Of a DNA stretch of 64,000 bases, positions 1-13,199 are shown one piece after another; position 1 is the stretch's first letter, and the number at the start of each line of letters is the position of its first letter. A model generated the notes under the pieces. The model was not told the DNA's origin, did not search any database, and saw only the letters and a list, made by a program, of their open reading frames with translations. This DNA is from Paecilomyces variotii. Its lineage: Eukaryota. The stretch lies in the NCBI GenBank assembly GCA_004022145.1, contig RCNU01000015.1; one strand, given 5' to 3'. Made by a program: the position numbers and the translations under genes.

Positions 1-245
1 AATCGGGAGATGAAGTGCATGGGATGGCATATTGGGTCCAGTCGATGACAGAGCTTGAACGTTTGATTGGATACGAGGGAGATTTATACGCTCGGAAGAG
101 ATGTATGATTCATTTCAATAATGGCCAATCACAGGTCCTAGGTAGCACGTTCGTCTGGTGCGGTGATGAAGCGTTGCTGAAGGAAGGAGATTTTGACTTG
201 AAAGATTACCAGATGATGAGGTTTGAGATGACCGCACAACGATAG
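1..245 (+). CDS. C-terminal part of a gamma-glutamylcyclotransferase/AIG2-like protein (5' end outside window)
   Basis: Translation VHGMAYWVQSMTELERLIGYEGDLYARKRC...GSTFVWCGD...LKEGDFDLKDYQ resembles the V.G..Y / L..YEG..Y end of fungal AIG2-like proteins; stop at 243-245. Confidence 0.6.
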   Translation, partial: SGDEVHGMAYWVQSMTELERLIGYEGDLYARKRCMIHFNNGQSQVLGSTFVWCGDEALLKEGDFDLKDYQMMRFEMTAQR

Positions 246-653
246 CGAATCTGATCGGACGTGTGGTGTCGAGTATTTTGTGACATAAATCAAGAATTTA
301 CCTCGCTATATTGTCTCAATGCAAGTGTACTGTACCTATGGATTTCCCGAGTCTAGATACTCGAGTAAAATGGACGCGGATCATGCGGAACAGGAAGATC
401 AGACTACCTAGGGATGCTCCGAGGTCAGATAGACGCCCTGAAGAAAAGAAGTCGATTAGATTATTTTTCTGAATTATCAAGTATGCCATGCTGTAATCAA
501 GGAATGCAAATCAGGACCCAGGCTTCATCCGGAAATGTTTTGAGGACCGGTAAAAGATTGAGCCCGGCGCATTGGCTTTACATTTGAACAGAACATTTCC
601 CCCACCACCCCGCTCTCAACTCTTCTACAAACACTGGATATAATAATTGCACA

Positions 654-1761
654 ATGTCCACCACATCTCACGAACGCGAACACAAGTTCGAACAATCCGT
701 CAAACGGAACCCACATCCTGACTTCAAGGGAGTTGAAGCCTCGCGGCCTGACTGGCGAGAAAGAATCACCGAAGATGGGAGCAAGCAACCACTGTACACG
801 AAAACCCGCGATCCGAATTGGAAGTTAGGTCAGGGTGGTAATGATAATGGCGAGTCCCTGGCCAAGGAACATGTCTCGATCGACCCGTACGAGGACGGGA
901 GACCGGCAGTTTTCAATTATAAGTTGATGATTTCGGCGATCGTTCCTAGACCGATTGGGTTTTTGAGTACGGTTGGGAAGGACGGTATGTATATGTATAT
1001 ATTCCCATGATATTGATAAAAATGGAATACCATATTCATGATTACCCCTTGATATAATAGGAGTACCCAATCTAGCACCATTCAGCTTTTTCCAAATGGT
1101 GAATTTCGACCCGCCGATCTTCGTCGTTGGTTTCCTGGCAAGTCCCAAAGAACCAAAAGATACATTGGCCAATATAATCGAGACAAAAGAGTGTATGTCC
1201 AACTCATATCCTCTCGAATAAACTTCATTGACCATCTGCTGTATAGGCACTGTAAATGTCATATCAGAACATTTCGTCGAAGCCGCGAACGCCTGCTCGA
1301 TCAACAGTCCCTATGGCGTCTCCGAATGGTCTCTCGTCGGCCTGCACCCGGCTCCGACCAAGGTGGTCAAACCAGCTCGTGTAAAAGAAGCCGTGTTCTC
1401 TGCAGAGTGCACGTTGGTTGAAGTGAAAGAGTGGCAAAGTAAGGCGAAGCCGGGCACGGTTAGCGGTGCGATGGCGATCTTGGAGGGTGTCAATTTCTGG
1501 GTTAGGGAGGATGCGATCAACGAGGAGAGGAATGGGATTGATCCGAATGTACGTCGTTTATTGTCTTGGTTCTTGTTGGATGCCAGTTAGCTGTGGTGGG
1601 TTGGATGATGCTAATTTATACCTCTCTAGGTCCTTCGACCAGTTTCCCGCCTTGGTGGGATCAGTTACGGTCGTGTCACGGATGCATTTGAACTTCTTCG
1701 GCCGGACTTTGCTAAGGAATCGCAGAAGCCGGAGGTCCAGGAGTTGATGAAAGGGAACTAG
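654..1761 (+). CDS. Flavin reductase-like FMN-binding split-barrel protein (4 exons)
   Basis: Motifs NYKLMISAIVPRPIGFLST, NLAPFSFFQ, KDTLANIIETKECTVNVISE, VKPARVKEA, LRPVSRLGGISYGR. GT..AG introns at about 986-1040, 1193-1247 and 1548-1630; TAG at 1759-1761. Confidence 0.85.
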
Positions 1762-2205
1762 CCACGACTTCTATGTGACGGTGCTTTGGCTTCGCGGTAA
1801 GAGATATGAGCAGCAGCTTAGCAAGACTGGAGCGATAAGTGAGTATCAGATCGAAGACGCATCACGTCCCATCAAGTTGTATTGAAAGGACTTACAACCG
1901 TACATATATCACCGAGTATCAAAGCAGCAATTGAGAAACGGTTTTTCATTGTCGCAAATCTAGATATAACCTACATAGACAGATAGAAAGTACTTATACG
2001 GTATTTCGCTCCTTTTAAACGCCTGCGTCGGATAAGTTACGACGCCCTTCAAACTTGGATGCATCGGACAGACCACGCTCTCGCCTCCTGGGCAGTAGGA
2101 TGCCTCATGGTGAAAAGCTTACCAAGATATGAGACCCACGCCATGATGGCCCGATTGAAATCACCCTATTATCTTCCTTGGAAACGCTTCTTCTCACTGT
2201 AACAC

Positions 2206-3325
<1,120 letters not shown>

Positions 3326-3795
3326 CTTGAACGAAAATCTGTTAGGTCTCTAAAAGACGGCCTGGTTTCAATTCCACAACAGATATGGGCCTCTTAAGAT
3401 GGCGGTTGAAGGAATTGGCCAGCTGGAGTCGGAAGCTCTCTCTGTCGCAACCGCAAGGCGGCGAAGCTGGGCGGTGGAGAGAGAACAGAGCGAACTCCGC
3501 GAAAACGTTCCACCGCGCCAAGATTGAAGTTCACTTTACGGCTTATTATACAAAGCGCAATTCTTCAGACTGGTAGTTTTGGATGGAAAACGGAGGCCAT
3601 CGTGGAAAGATCATAATAAAATTTGCTTTTTTTTTTTAATGCTGTATAGGTAGCGTTACAAGATTCTATCGTATCGTGAGTCTACACCAAGCACTCTAGA
3701 TGTCTCCAATAGACCAGCAACAACATTGTAAACCGAAAGTGGTCTCGACACGCCCAATGCCGGCCATGATCGTGGATTCAGGCTTCAAATACTCT

Positions 3796-6700
3796 TTAAA
3801 GCTTGGGTTCAAAATCCTCAAACTCAGTGAGGTCAACGACAGGACTGGGTCCAGCGCTAACTGCAAGACGCGCCTTGAACTCAGGAACGTTGGTGATGTA
3901 TGTTGGTCCCCGGGGCAGGTCCCCATTGACACTGGTCTTAGCACCCTGCTCTGCTGAAGACTTCTTGTCTCCATTGGGCGATCTGTTGGTACCTGACTGC
4001 ATCAGCTGAACACCCAGAAGCTGTTGCGCTTGTGAAATAACAGGGAGCGCCTTTTCCTCGGGAAGCTGCAGCTCAGACGTGAGGAAAGATTTAACTGTGG
4101 AAAGGATCTGTGCCTCATTGCCAGCAGACAAGTCAATTTCTGCAAAGGCAGCCTGCAGCTTCTCAGGATCAGCCGTGAACCCTGCTGCCTCCAGTTGTGC
4201 ACCCAGGAGAGAGATAAACTTGGATTTCAGCTCCTGAGGATCCGCATTCTTGGCCGCTTCGCCGGCCTGGGCGTTAAGATGAATCGAGACTTTAGCTCTG
4301 GTAGGAGATTGAGGATCAATATATTGGCGGTAGAATTCGACCATCTCTTGCTTAGAAAGACCCCTGACGCGTGCAGCATCAACCTCGTTCTGCAAGAAAT
4401 CGAAGTACTCGGATCCGATATGCGACCAATACCGGTTGGTCTCAGATGCAAGATTCTTCAACTTTTCCAGTCGCTTGTTTATAATGCTGCGCTTGTGACC
4501 CTCGAACTCATCCTCGGTCATGTTCTCCAGAGTGTCGGCGAACCGACTCAAGAAAGCATCAATGCGAGACTCCAAGTACGCGGCAGTGCGTTCACTCTGG
4601 ATGATCACCCGGTATCCTAGAGTCGTGGCGGAGTAACGCGCACCACTCCAGACAACATATCCTAGCTGCTCCTTGCTGCGAAGCTGGTCGAATGCCGGCT
4701 CATCTGTCATCTGAGCAAATAGTAACAGCTTGGCCCTCAGAACACTGTCAACAAGACTGCCCAGAAACAAGTAGTACTCGATACAGTTGTTAACATTGGC
4801 TGGGTCCTTCAAGGTCTTCTCGTAGATATAGTTGCTTCCAGGAGGAAAGATTATGTTCCGGCGGACATGCCACTGAGATTGCGGCAGTGGGCGACCTGCG
4901 AGGATCGTCTCCACCAGGTCCGTCATCTTCAGAGCATCCTCCTTGTAAAGGTTTCCATGAGCCAGAACCTCAATGTGGGTTTGTCTGAGAATTTGAGGAA
5001 AGAAACTAGCGACATCATCTGCCTCGATGTCCTCTAGTTCCGCCGCATACTGCTCGTTTATCCAGGTCTTCTCTGAGGTTAGATATCTGGTGGAATCACC
5101 GACCTGATAAAATGGCTGTTGGTATTCCGCATTGCGGTAGCCCCGCGTCAGCCGTTCCTTGATGATCTTGAAGCGATCAGGATTCACGACCAGGTCACGC
5201 ATACTAGTGAGAACTTTCTCTAGCAGCACAGCCATCTTATCATTATAGCCACCCACAGAGACATCCAGGCCAAAGATGCTAGCTGACAGGTGGTAATCAA
5301 GCCCCGCAAGCTCCGCATCATACGAGTACTCGACTAGAGCATCTCTCACAAGCTCGCAGTAGAGCTTGGCCTTGACATGGTTTGCAGGAGTGGCCCACAC
5401 AAGGGGATTTCTCAGTGTCACATGGACTGTGGCCTTAGGGACCCAGAAACGGTCATCTTTCTTGTACCAAATACGCGCACGATTATCGTGACGAATCAGT
5501 TTCGGTGTCTTTGCTGGCTCCGGAACCTCTTTCTTCTCCACTGAGAGTCTCGTGGGGACGAACTCGTTCTTGTGTGGCATATGCAGATCAGATATCCTCT
5601 CCTGAGGAGACGAGCCAAGCGCCTTATGGATCTCGGACGAGAAGTCCTCTGGGATCTTTTCAACCTTATATTCCGTTCCATACCACTTCTCCCTGGAATC
5701 CCAGTCCCCTGGGTAATCCTGGGCCACGATCATGAGCCTGAAATTGTCCGCCCGCAGGTAGGACATGGCCTTGGTGATCGCTTCTGGGTCGAACTTCCTC
5801 AGCAGACTCGAACCGCTCAGCAACCATTCCCGAGGCAATGGCTTCTGCATGACGCTACTCAAACGACTGGTGAATCGGCTAGCAGGCGACTTCTGTTTGA
5901 AGCGGAAATCAACCTCGGCCAAATTCTTCATCTCGTCGAAGATCCATTGTTCGGGTGTCCTTTCCTTGATCATGGCGATGTACTGGAAAATCACCTTGAC
6001 GACCTCACGGTACTGTTTCAGACCCTCTTGAGTCAGGCGAACGGATATAGTAAAGAAAGCAGACCCAGGGCAGATTGGCATGGCTCCCGCCGAAAGGCCG
6101 TTAGCCCATCCTTTGGCTTTGATGTAAGCCAGAATACTACCTGGTCCCTCATGACCAATAAGATGGCTGATGTAGCGGCTGGGTTGGGACTCGTACAGAT
6201 TCTCCTCGTCGAGGAAAGGGAAATAGATGTCCAACGAGCGCGTATCCATCACGGGTTTCGCAAATATCTGAGTGGAGAGATGCTCCTCCGTAAACGGTTG
6301 GACATGATCCCAACGGTTTTGTGGGAGCTCTTTGTTCTTCACATCGGCAAAAAGCTCAGCTACCCATTGTTCCAACTGGTCCAGAGATTCCCTTCCCAGA
6401 ACGACCAACTTCATCCGGTTAGCCGAATAGTGCTTGGAGTGGAAATCAATAAATTCTTTGCGAACGTCGATCCCGCGTTTCTGCGGTTCCTCCTTCAGCG
6501 TCTGCAGGTTACCAGTCGAGAAGTGATGGTAAGGGTGCTCCTTGTTCGACAAGGACTTGTTCAACTGCATTAGACGCCAAATGTCGCTCTGCAGGTTCTT
6601 CTTGTTCTCCGAGTCTACCGCTCTCAATTCTCGATCTAGAGTCGACTCTAGAAACAGGGGTGAGACGAAGAACTGAGCAAAGCGGTCCAGCGCGCCATAC

Positions 6701-7479
6701 AGAGGAGGGACTAAATCGGTCGAGGACGAGCCGGCACTGCCAGATGTCCCATTCACGTTGCCATTGGTGACTTCCGCTGGAGTCGACTGACCGCTGCCAT
6801 GGCCGTCACTTGACTCTGACGTCGCGGCGACTTCGAAGAAGTAGTTCGTTTCCGTTGCGGCCGTGTAGGCGTTGGACGATCCCGAGTGGGCTGCCAGGTA
6901 CTGATTGTAGGCATTCTCCTTAGGGTACTATGACAAGAGTAGTCAATACCTAGTCAGGTTCTGGAGACATAACAGCAGGCTCCGCTGATTTACCTTTTTC
7001 GTGCCCATAAACAGCAGATGTTCCACGGCATGTGCCATTCCAGGCATATCGCCATCGTCAGAGAAGTTTCCCACATTCACATTTGCGGCCGCGCTGGCCT
7101 TATCTGTGTCGGGATCATGAACCAACAGCGCCTCGAGCTTGTTCCCAAGGCGGATGACCCGATAGGAGCGATCATCAAGCTCTGGCTTCTCCAGCTGATC
7201 CGTCACACGTTCCACCTTGGTCATCGTAGAGCCCGCGGAAGAGTTCACCGAGAGAAGAAGAAGGGATTTGGAGGAGAAAGGACGAGCAGAGAGGCCAGCA
7301 GGCGCAGAGGACTGATGATAGCGCTGAGAAACCGGACGCTGCAAGGCCGACTGACGGAGAGTAGAGTAAGGCTGCCCGACGCGTTGTCGAAGCAAGGGCA
7401 AGCGAAGCGTGGACCCGGCTGCGTAACAATGAAATCGAGCAGAACACCGGTATGGAGGTAGAAGGGACCTTGGAGGCAT
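3796..7479 (-). CDS. ste23: Insulinase-family (M16A) metallopeptidase Ste23/IDE homolog; alternative downstream start at 7224
   Basis: Inverted zinc motif HAVEH in GMAHAVEHLLFMGTKK|YPKENAY, plus AVDSENKKN, GHEGPGS and FDQLRSKEQLGYVV. One intron at about 6929-6993. In-frame ATGs at 7479 and 7224. Confidence 0.93.
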
Positions 7480-7762
7480 CCAGATCACAACCACGACAAT
7501 GCGGAGGCAGTCTGGCCAATCCTTTCGACCAGCGGGGGGAAGGGGGCGAAGAAAGGGAGCGAAACAGAAGTAACAGTCTATACAGAGAAAGGAATAAGAA
7601 TGAGCAGAGAGGCCAGACAAGATGATGGTACGGAGAATGGCGTGCGATCGTCCCTGGATGAAGTACCTCGGGCGAGGCGAAAGCACTTTGCGGAGAGACG
7701 TCGACAGTGGCGATCTGCGCTGCTAAGCATCTAGGCGGTGAAGCCGCTGCTTCCCCGGGCAT

Positions 7763-7806
7763 CATAGTTAGTTACTTGAGTTAGTTAGCTAAGCTGTAAC
7801 TAACTA
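7763..7806. repeat. Mixed NNTA tetramer array (CATA GTTA GTTA ... GTTA GTTA GCTA ... TGTA ACTA ACTA)
   Basis: Read directly; lies between the ste23 upstream region and the start of the degraded accessory block. Confidence 0.7.
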
Positions 7807-7889
7807 GTGAAAGGATCAAATAATAATGCCTTAGGATTAGGTAGTCTTGGAATCAATCAAAGCAAGTCAGCTCCTAATACTAAGTCTCG

Positions 7890-8100
7890 CTCAAGGAACA
7901 GGCTGGATGACTATCCAACGTTTGTTATCGAGGTCGGCGTTTCTGAAACACCAACGCTCAGTTCTGGCTTGAGAAACCAACAGAGATACGAAGATAGTTC
8001 TTATGGTTTCATTAATATTGAATACCTACCTAGGTATCACTCATTGAATATCACTCGCAGAACGATCCGCTTTGGACGATGGCAAAATTCACCGGAGATT
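7890..8100 (+). pseudogene. Degraded fragment of a fungal 'PTxVIEVGVSE...WWL' (putative nuclease-fold) hypothetical gene
   Basis: DYPTFVIEVGVSE, then in shifted frames NAQFWLEK and TKIVLMVS, then NITRRTIRFGRWQ. The motif order matches this Eurotiales family as recalled, but is broken by frameshifts and an insertion at 8025-8036. Confidence 0.45.
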
Positions 8101-9386
8101 ATCACCAGATCTATGAGATTAACTGCGTTAACAGAGACTTTCCCCGCGAACTTGCAAGGCTTTTTACTCTCGTCCTCGTTGATACTTAACCCCCATCATG
8201 CCAACGGAAAAGTCAGCCGCAGACAGGTGCAAAGAGCGCTTTATCAAAGTTCAAGCATCTCGTCTAGAAAATCAATGCCTTGCTAATTGGACTGATCTCG
8301 AAAATGCATTAATTAGAACTCTTGCATGTTCAACTCAATACCAATAACGTGCATCTGCTTCCAAGAGTTCATGGAGACTTATAAACCAGAGCTGTATGAT
8401 TCTAAAGACTTTGAAACTGAGGGAGATTCTATCTATGATACTCATATATTCAAAGCATATGCGGTATATATTGCTCAATCTAGAACTGGTCGGATTAATG
8501 ACATGCCTTTATCCCAACTATCCTCCATATGTTAGGACTTTCATAGCTCAGTTTCAAAATGAGCGTCTGCGAGTTTTCGTTTTCCTCACCCCTGAACCCC
8601 TGGACACCTTGATACGTACCGTTATCGTGCTGGAAGCTAAACTCCATCATGACAACAGAGGTGCGATTCAAGGCTGTTTTAGTGGCATTGAGTATAGGCC
8701 GAGCTTTTGCGTTTGGGGGATGGTGCTTAGATGTCGCCCAGAGTGCCGCAGCAAACTTTCATGCTTTGATTATCGCCTATCGTCGCACAGTGGCTTATCC
8801 TCCTATCGCGAGTCCTTATCTTCTATATACGTGGGAGGTGTCTCCTTTCGGGACCTTTCTATCCAGGGTCCGATGCTTTCACGACCGCCACGAAAACCGA
8901 TTGGATGACTTGCAGGAGATAGCCAATGAACGAGCCAATTATCTTAGGTGACTATAAGGCTAGCAAAAGGGCAAGGGCGCTTAGCATAGGTAGCGCTCTT
9001 CGCGTGGTTGACCGTTGGGGAGGTCAAGGTACCCTTGGTTAAGGAACATTACCTCAGAAATTGCATATGAAGACAAAAACCACATGCAACATATCCTTGG
9101 TGAGAAAGACATGCGTGCGTATTCTATATACATATATCGAGGCTGACTTGACTCTATAGGTCAAATAGCAGAATAACTGTACTTGGCTAAGTTGAAACTC
9201 GGATATATATCAATACATCACGAAACGATATTCTCGGCATGCCAATCGAGTGAACCTCAAATTTGCCACATCATTGCGAAGCGGAACAAGCAGGTACGTG
9301 ATAATATTGCTGCCGGCTCGAATGGAATATGGATAACCATAGGTGGTTAGGTAGAGGATTGGTTCGAGGCAGGCCTTCTCAATTTC

Positions 9387-9725
9387 AGTCTAACACATGT
9401 GTCTGAAAGTCAGCTGTGTGATTATACACATATCTACCCTTACTCTATGGGGTGGCTTCTCGGATCTTATTTGTTCGAATCTGGTTCTTCATTATGGGAT
9501 TATCTCAAGTTGTTCTGGGAAGACCGAAAAATTGACTCATGGCTTAAAAGTCTTCTCGGCCCCGGAGGAACTGAGACTTTGAAAAACAAACTTACTATGA
9601 CTGCCACTGTTCACCGTGCTTACGGAGCATGTTTCTTTTATGACTTTGACCGCTCGGGTTCTAGATATATCATTTCTAGCAAGGAGATGCAGCACCGGAT
9701 TGCTTGTACATGGGTTTTATCATAG
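9387..9725 (+). pseudogene. HNH endonuclease (fungal HNH_2-type) relic
   Basis: LT...HIYPYSM, LFWEDRKIDSW, GTETLKNKLTMTATVHRAYG match the H-I-x-P ... N ... H pattern of fungal HNH_2 proteins. No intact 5' part, and the 3' end runs into an AT-rich fragment. Confidence 0.55.
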
Positions 9726-9930
9726 TCTACCTATCTTTGCTCTATCTTTAATAAAACTCTCAGGCTATATTTTAGAAGTCTCTCCGCTTAATTATTATAA
9801 ATAAGAAACTGTTTTATATTATTTAATCTATATTAGCTGTATTAAAAAGCGCTATCTATTTTTATTATCTGACCTTCATTAAAGATAACCTATGCGCTAG
9901 AATAATTAAGTTCTTTTTCTCTACTTTCTA
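9722..9930 (-). pseudogene. AT-rich, RIP-like mutated coding fragment
   Basis: Abrupt TpA-rich segment. One minus frame reads ELNYSSA*VIFNEGQIIKIDSAF*YS*YRLNNIKQFLIYNN*AERLLKYSLRVLLKIEQR*VDY with only TAA/TAG stops. Confidence 0.45.
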
Positions 9931-10276
9931 TTGTCCGAGTAGTACCTAATTCCTGGCCCATTAAAGAATCACCCTATGATCTTCTGTCCACGATGTTAGC
10001 TCAACCATGGGAGGTTCTAGCTATTTGTGGAATATATACACGGCAGGGCGGGGCGGGGCGATGGCTGTACTTATTCCCCGAACATGAGAACTGGATGGAG
10101 CCATGAAGAAGTCCGTTTAGGTACATACATGGGTGTTCCCTGTTGCTCATTCATGTCTGTCACTCCTAACCATAAGCTATCACATATGGATGGGGACTGT
10201 ATTGGAGTCATGTATTATAAACCATCAAATGTATATTAACTCGTAAGCGGGGGATATAATAGCAGCCACTGCATCG

Positions 10277-10311
10277 CCTAACTAAGTACCTACCTAGGTA
10301 CCTAGGTAGTA
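10277..10311. repeat. Mixed NNTA tetramer array (CCTA ACTA AGTA CCTA CCTA GGTA CCTA GGTA GTA)
   Basis: Eight consecutive in-phase units ending in TA, read directly. Confidence 0.85.
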
Positions 10312-11037
10312 TCGAAACGCTAGTCTAGCTGCACGTATATACGAGCCCAGAACTCTCCGGTATCCGTCGGAATGTGAAGAGCCATCAAGTGTCTTGTACC
10401 GTCGAGGGATCTCAGGTATCATCACGATGTAGTTCTGCTGACACGCTAGACCGACTCACTTAGAAGTTAGAGCGCACGAGGCCCAAGTAGCTAATCCGAC
10501 AGGTCACTTTCCTAATGTGCAGTCCTTCGACGCTGCATATCACTTTCGATATCTTGGTACATTAGGCGGAAGAATGCGCAGGTGTCTAACTGGGCGAAAG
10601 GATTTAAAGTCTTGTGGCTGTCGAGGAATGTCACGCTGCCCACCTGGGCTAGCTGAGGGGGCCATTCGACCTGCCGATCGGTCTATTCTTCCCACCACAG
10701 ACGTCTCGCTCTCACATTGTTGCAAGTAATGTGGATGGTGTTTTACAGGGGCAGGATAACTCCGATTCGTATATCGGACTCTTACATTGGTGGGGGCTAT
10801 GCATGATATATCTGCAGGGCAGAACAGCCTAATAGAGACTGTCGGCGATGTTACCTTTCACTTTCTACTACGTCCGGCCCTATTCTCCAAGGCGACTTCA
10901 AGAGGGGTACCCTGAGATATAAGGATGGGCGGATCTGTACTTCATGAGGGGAGGGATAAGTAGCTTCTAGTGCTACCGGTCTTTGCAGTCAGTGCGATCC
11001 AGTTGTCTGCAGGCAGGCCTGTAATTCGCAAAGAAAG

Positions 11038-12099
11038 ATGCACAACTTGCAATCTATCTGGGCCGGTGTTGCCCTCGCATTGAGCGTCCTGGTTGCTGGA
11101 AGACCCGCGCCTTTGGTCGCTCGTGGTATGTTGAATAGATGTTTATTATGAGATGTTCCCTTCAGGCTGACGACTTTCACAGACGTTTCTTCGGATCTCC
11201 TTGACCAATTCAACCTGTTTGAACAATACGCCGCTGCAGCGTATTGTTCAGAGAACTTCAACTCAACGGGCACAAAGTTGACATGCTCGGCTGGAAACTG
11301 CCCCCTTGTACAGGCGGCGGACACCGAGACATTGGATGAATTTGCAGAGTAGGTGACATTCTGTCGATTACTGGACACGGATATTGACATTCACAAAGTA
11401 CTTCTGGTTATGGCGACACGACCGGTTTTCTGGCCGTGGATAAAACGAACGAGCTGATAGTTCTGTCCTTCCGTGGCAGCTCTTCCTTTGACAACTGGAT
11501 TGCCAACATTGACTTTGTCAAGACCGATGTTGACCTCTGTGACGGCTGCGAAGCCCACTCGGGATTCTGGGAAGCTTGGGGATCCGTCGCGGATTCCGTG
11601 ACTAGCCAAATTGATTCGGCTCTCTCGACATATTCGGGTTACAAGCTAGTCATCACCGGACACAGTCTTGGTGCAGCGTTAGCTACGCTTGGAGGCGTTG
11701 TTCTGAGAAATTCCGGACACACCCTTGACCTCGTATGTCCTTACCATAAGATGAAATCCATACAGACCAGAGAACTGATTAGAACTCGCATAGTATACGT
11801 TTGGATGCCCCCGTGTCGGAAACGAAGCGTTGGCCCAATACATCACGTCGCAAAGCGATGCCACCTACCGTCTTACCCACACGGATGATCCTGTTCCTAA
11901 GCTACCACCCAAGTCGTTAGGTTTTAGCCAGCCCAGTCCTGAGTATTGGATCACGAGCGCATCTGGTGATCCAGTAACCGCATCCGATATTCAAGTCATT
12001 CAAGGTATCGACTCCGAGGCAGGTAATGATGGAACGGCCACTGGTTTGGACATTGAAGCTCACAGATGGTACTTCAATGCTATATCGGCATGTAACTGA
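11038..12099 (+). CDS. Secreted class 3 triacylglycerol lipase (Thermomyces/Aspergillus lipase type), 4 exons
   Basis: Signal and pro-peptide MHNLQSIWAGVALALSVLVAGRPAPLVAR, QYAAAAYC, SFRGS, nucleophile GHSLG, YTFGCPRVGN, THTDDPVPKLPP and catalytic His in HRWYF. Confidence 0.93.
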
Positions 12100-13199
12100 G
12101 CGATGAAAGGATGTAGTTGATGACCGCGATGTGTATACGACACTTTAACCTTTTTGATAGACATATCTGAGAAAGTGATTGAGTTTAGTTCTGGGGTGCT
12201 CCGGTTCCATTTTGCAAATCGCAAACTAGTAGGATCATAGACAATGGACCCATATCAGATTCGCGGAGGGTTTGTTAATGCAAGGAGTCATGATAGCAAC
12301 ACCAGCGTTGTCGAATGGGAAGCTAGACAAGTGTCCAACATCACCCAAATCCTCTTTCTCCAAGACGTGTTGGGTATTATTCCTGACTACATTGTCGTAG
12401 TCAAGATGGAAACCTCCAACTGCACCTAACCGCAAGCTAGGACTTCCGCATAATTATTCCCTGAAGGATCGCCATGCTAGATACTTAGATCTCTTCAGGA
12501 TCAGGGTTCAGGGGTCGCTTTAAGGTTGTGGCTGAGGGTCCAAGGATTTCTTTTCTCCGTGGTCTTCAGACGATGACGCTGTTTCACTGCGGTGAAACCA
12601 TCGAAATGGATATCCAGTGTCCATGAGGCCCGCATGGCGTCTGCCGTTTCTCTACCACTCTTGCGCCGTGGCACGACGCCCCGCTGTTCGTCGGTTCGTT
12701 AAGGTCTTTTAACCAGTGAGTGCTGCTCGATGAAGTCTGGCGTTGAACCGGACCAGCACGCGCCAGCGGATCAGCGGGGTGGCTGTATTTTTATTCCAGG
12801 GGCGCCCGTACGGACTGTTCGGCAGCTTGACGCTGACTCTGCGCTCCACGCGGCCTGCGGAGCTCGAAGGGATGTGAGAGCTGTCCAAGGGCCACGTTCT
12901 TTAATACTTCTTTTCTCGTTCTTGTTCTTTAATCATTCTGGGAGTCAAATATTACTGTTCTTTGGCTTCTGCGTTGCGCGAAGCTCGGAATTCGACAATT
13001 GCGATCCGGTCCCGCCAGAAGATCGCCTTAAGCTCCCGCCTGGGTGTGCACAAGCATTCCTCGCTGCGCGCTGGCAGCTCAGCTGACGCCTTGTTGACCT
13101 GCAATTGTCACTTGTTGAGATGATCATTTCAAAGATCAATTCCCTGCGTCGGAGATCGTTCTGTCGAGCCGCGAGGTCCAGCAGCGGCAATCAACAGCC

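Noticed and set aside
5572-6573. 333-aa ORF on the + strand
   Set aside because: Antisense shadow of ste23; no recognisable motifs.
12235-12560. Short coding-looking stretch on the minus strand downstream of the lipase
   Set aside because: No recognisable family, start or splice structure; cannot support even a pseudogene call.
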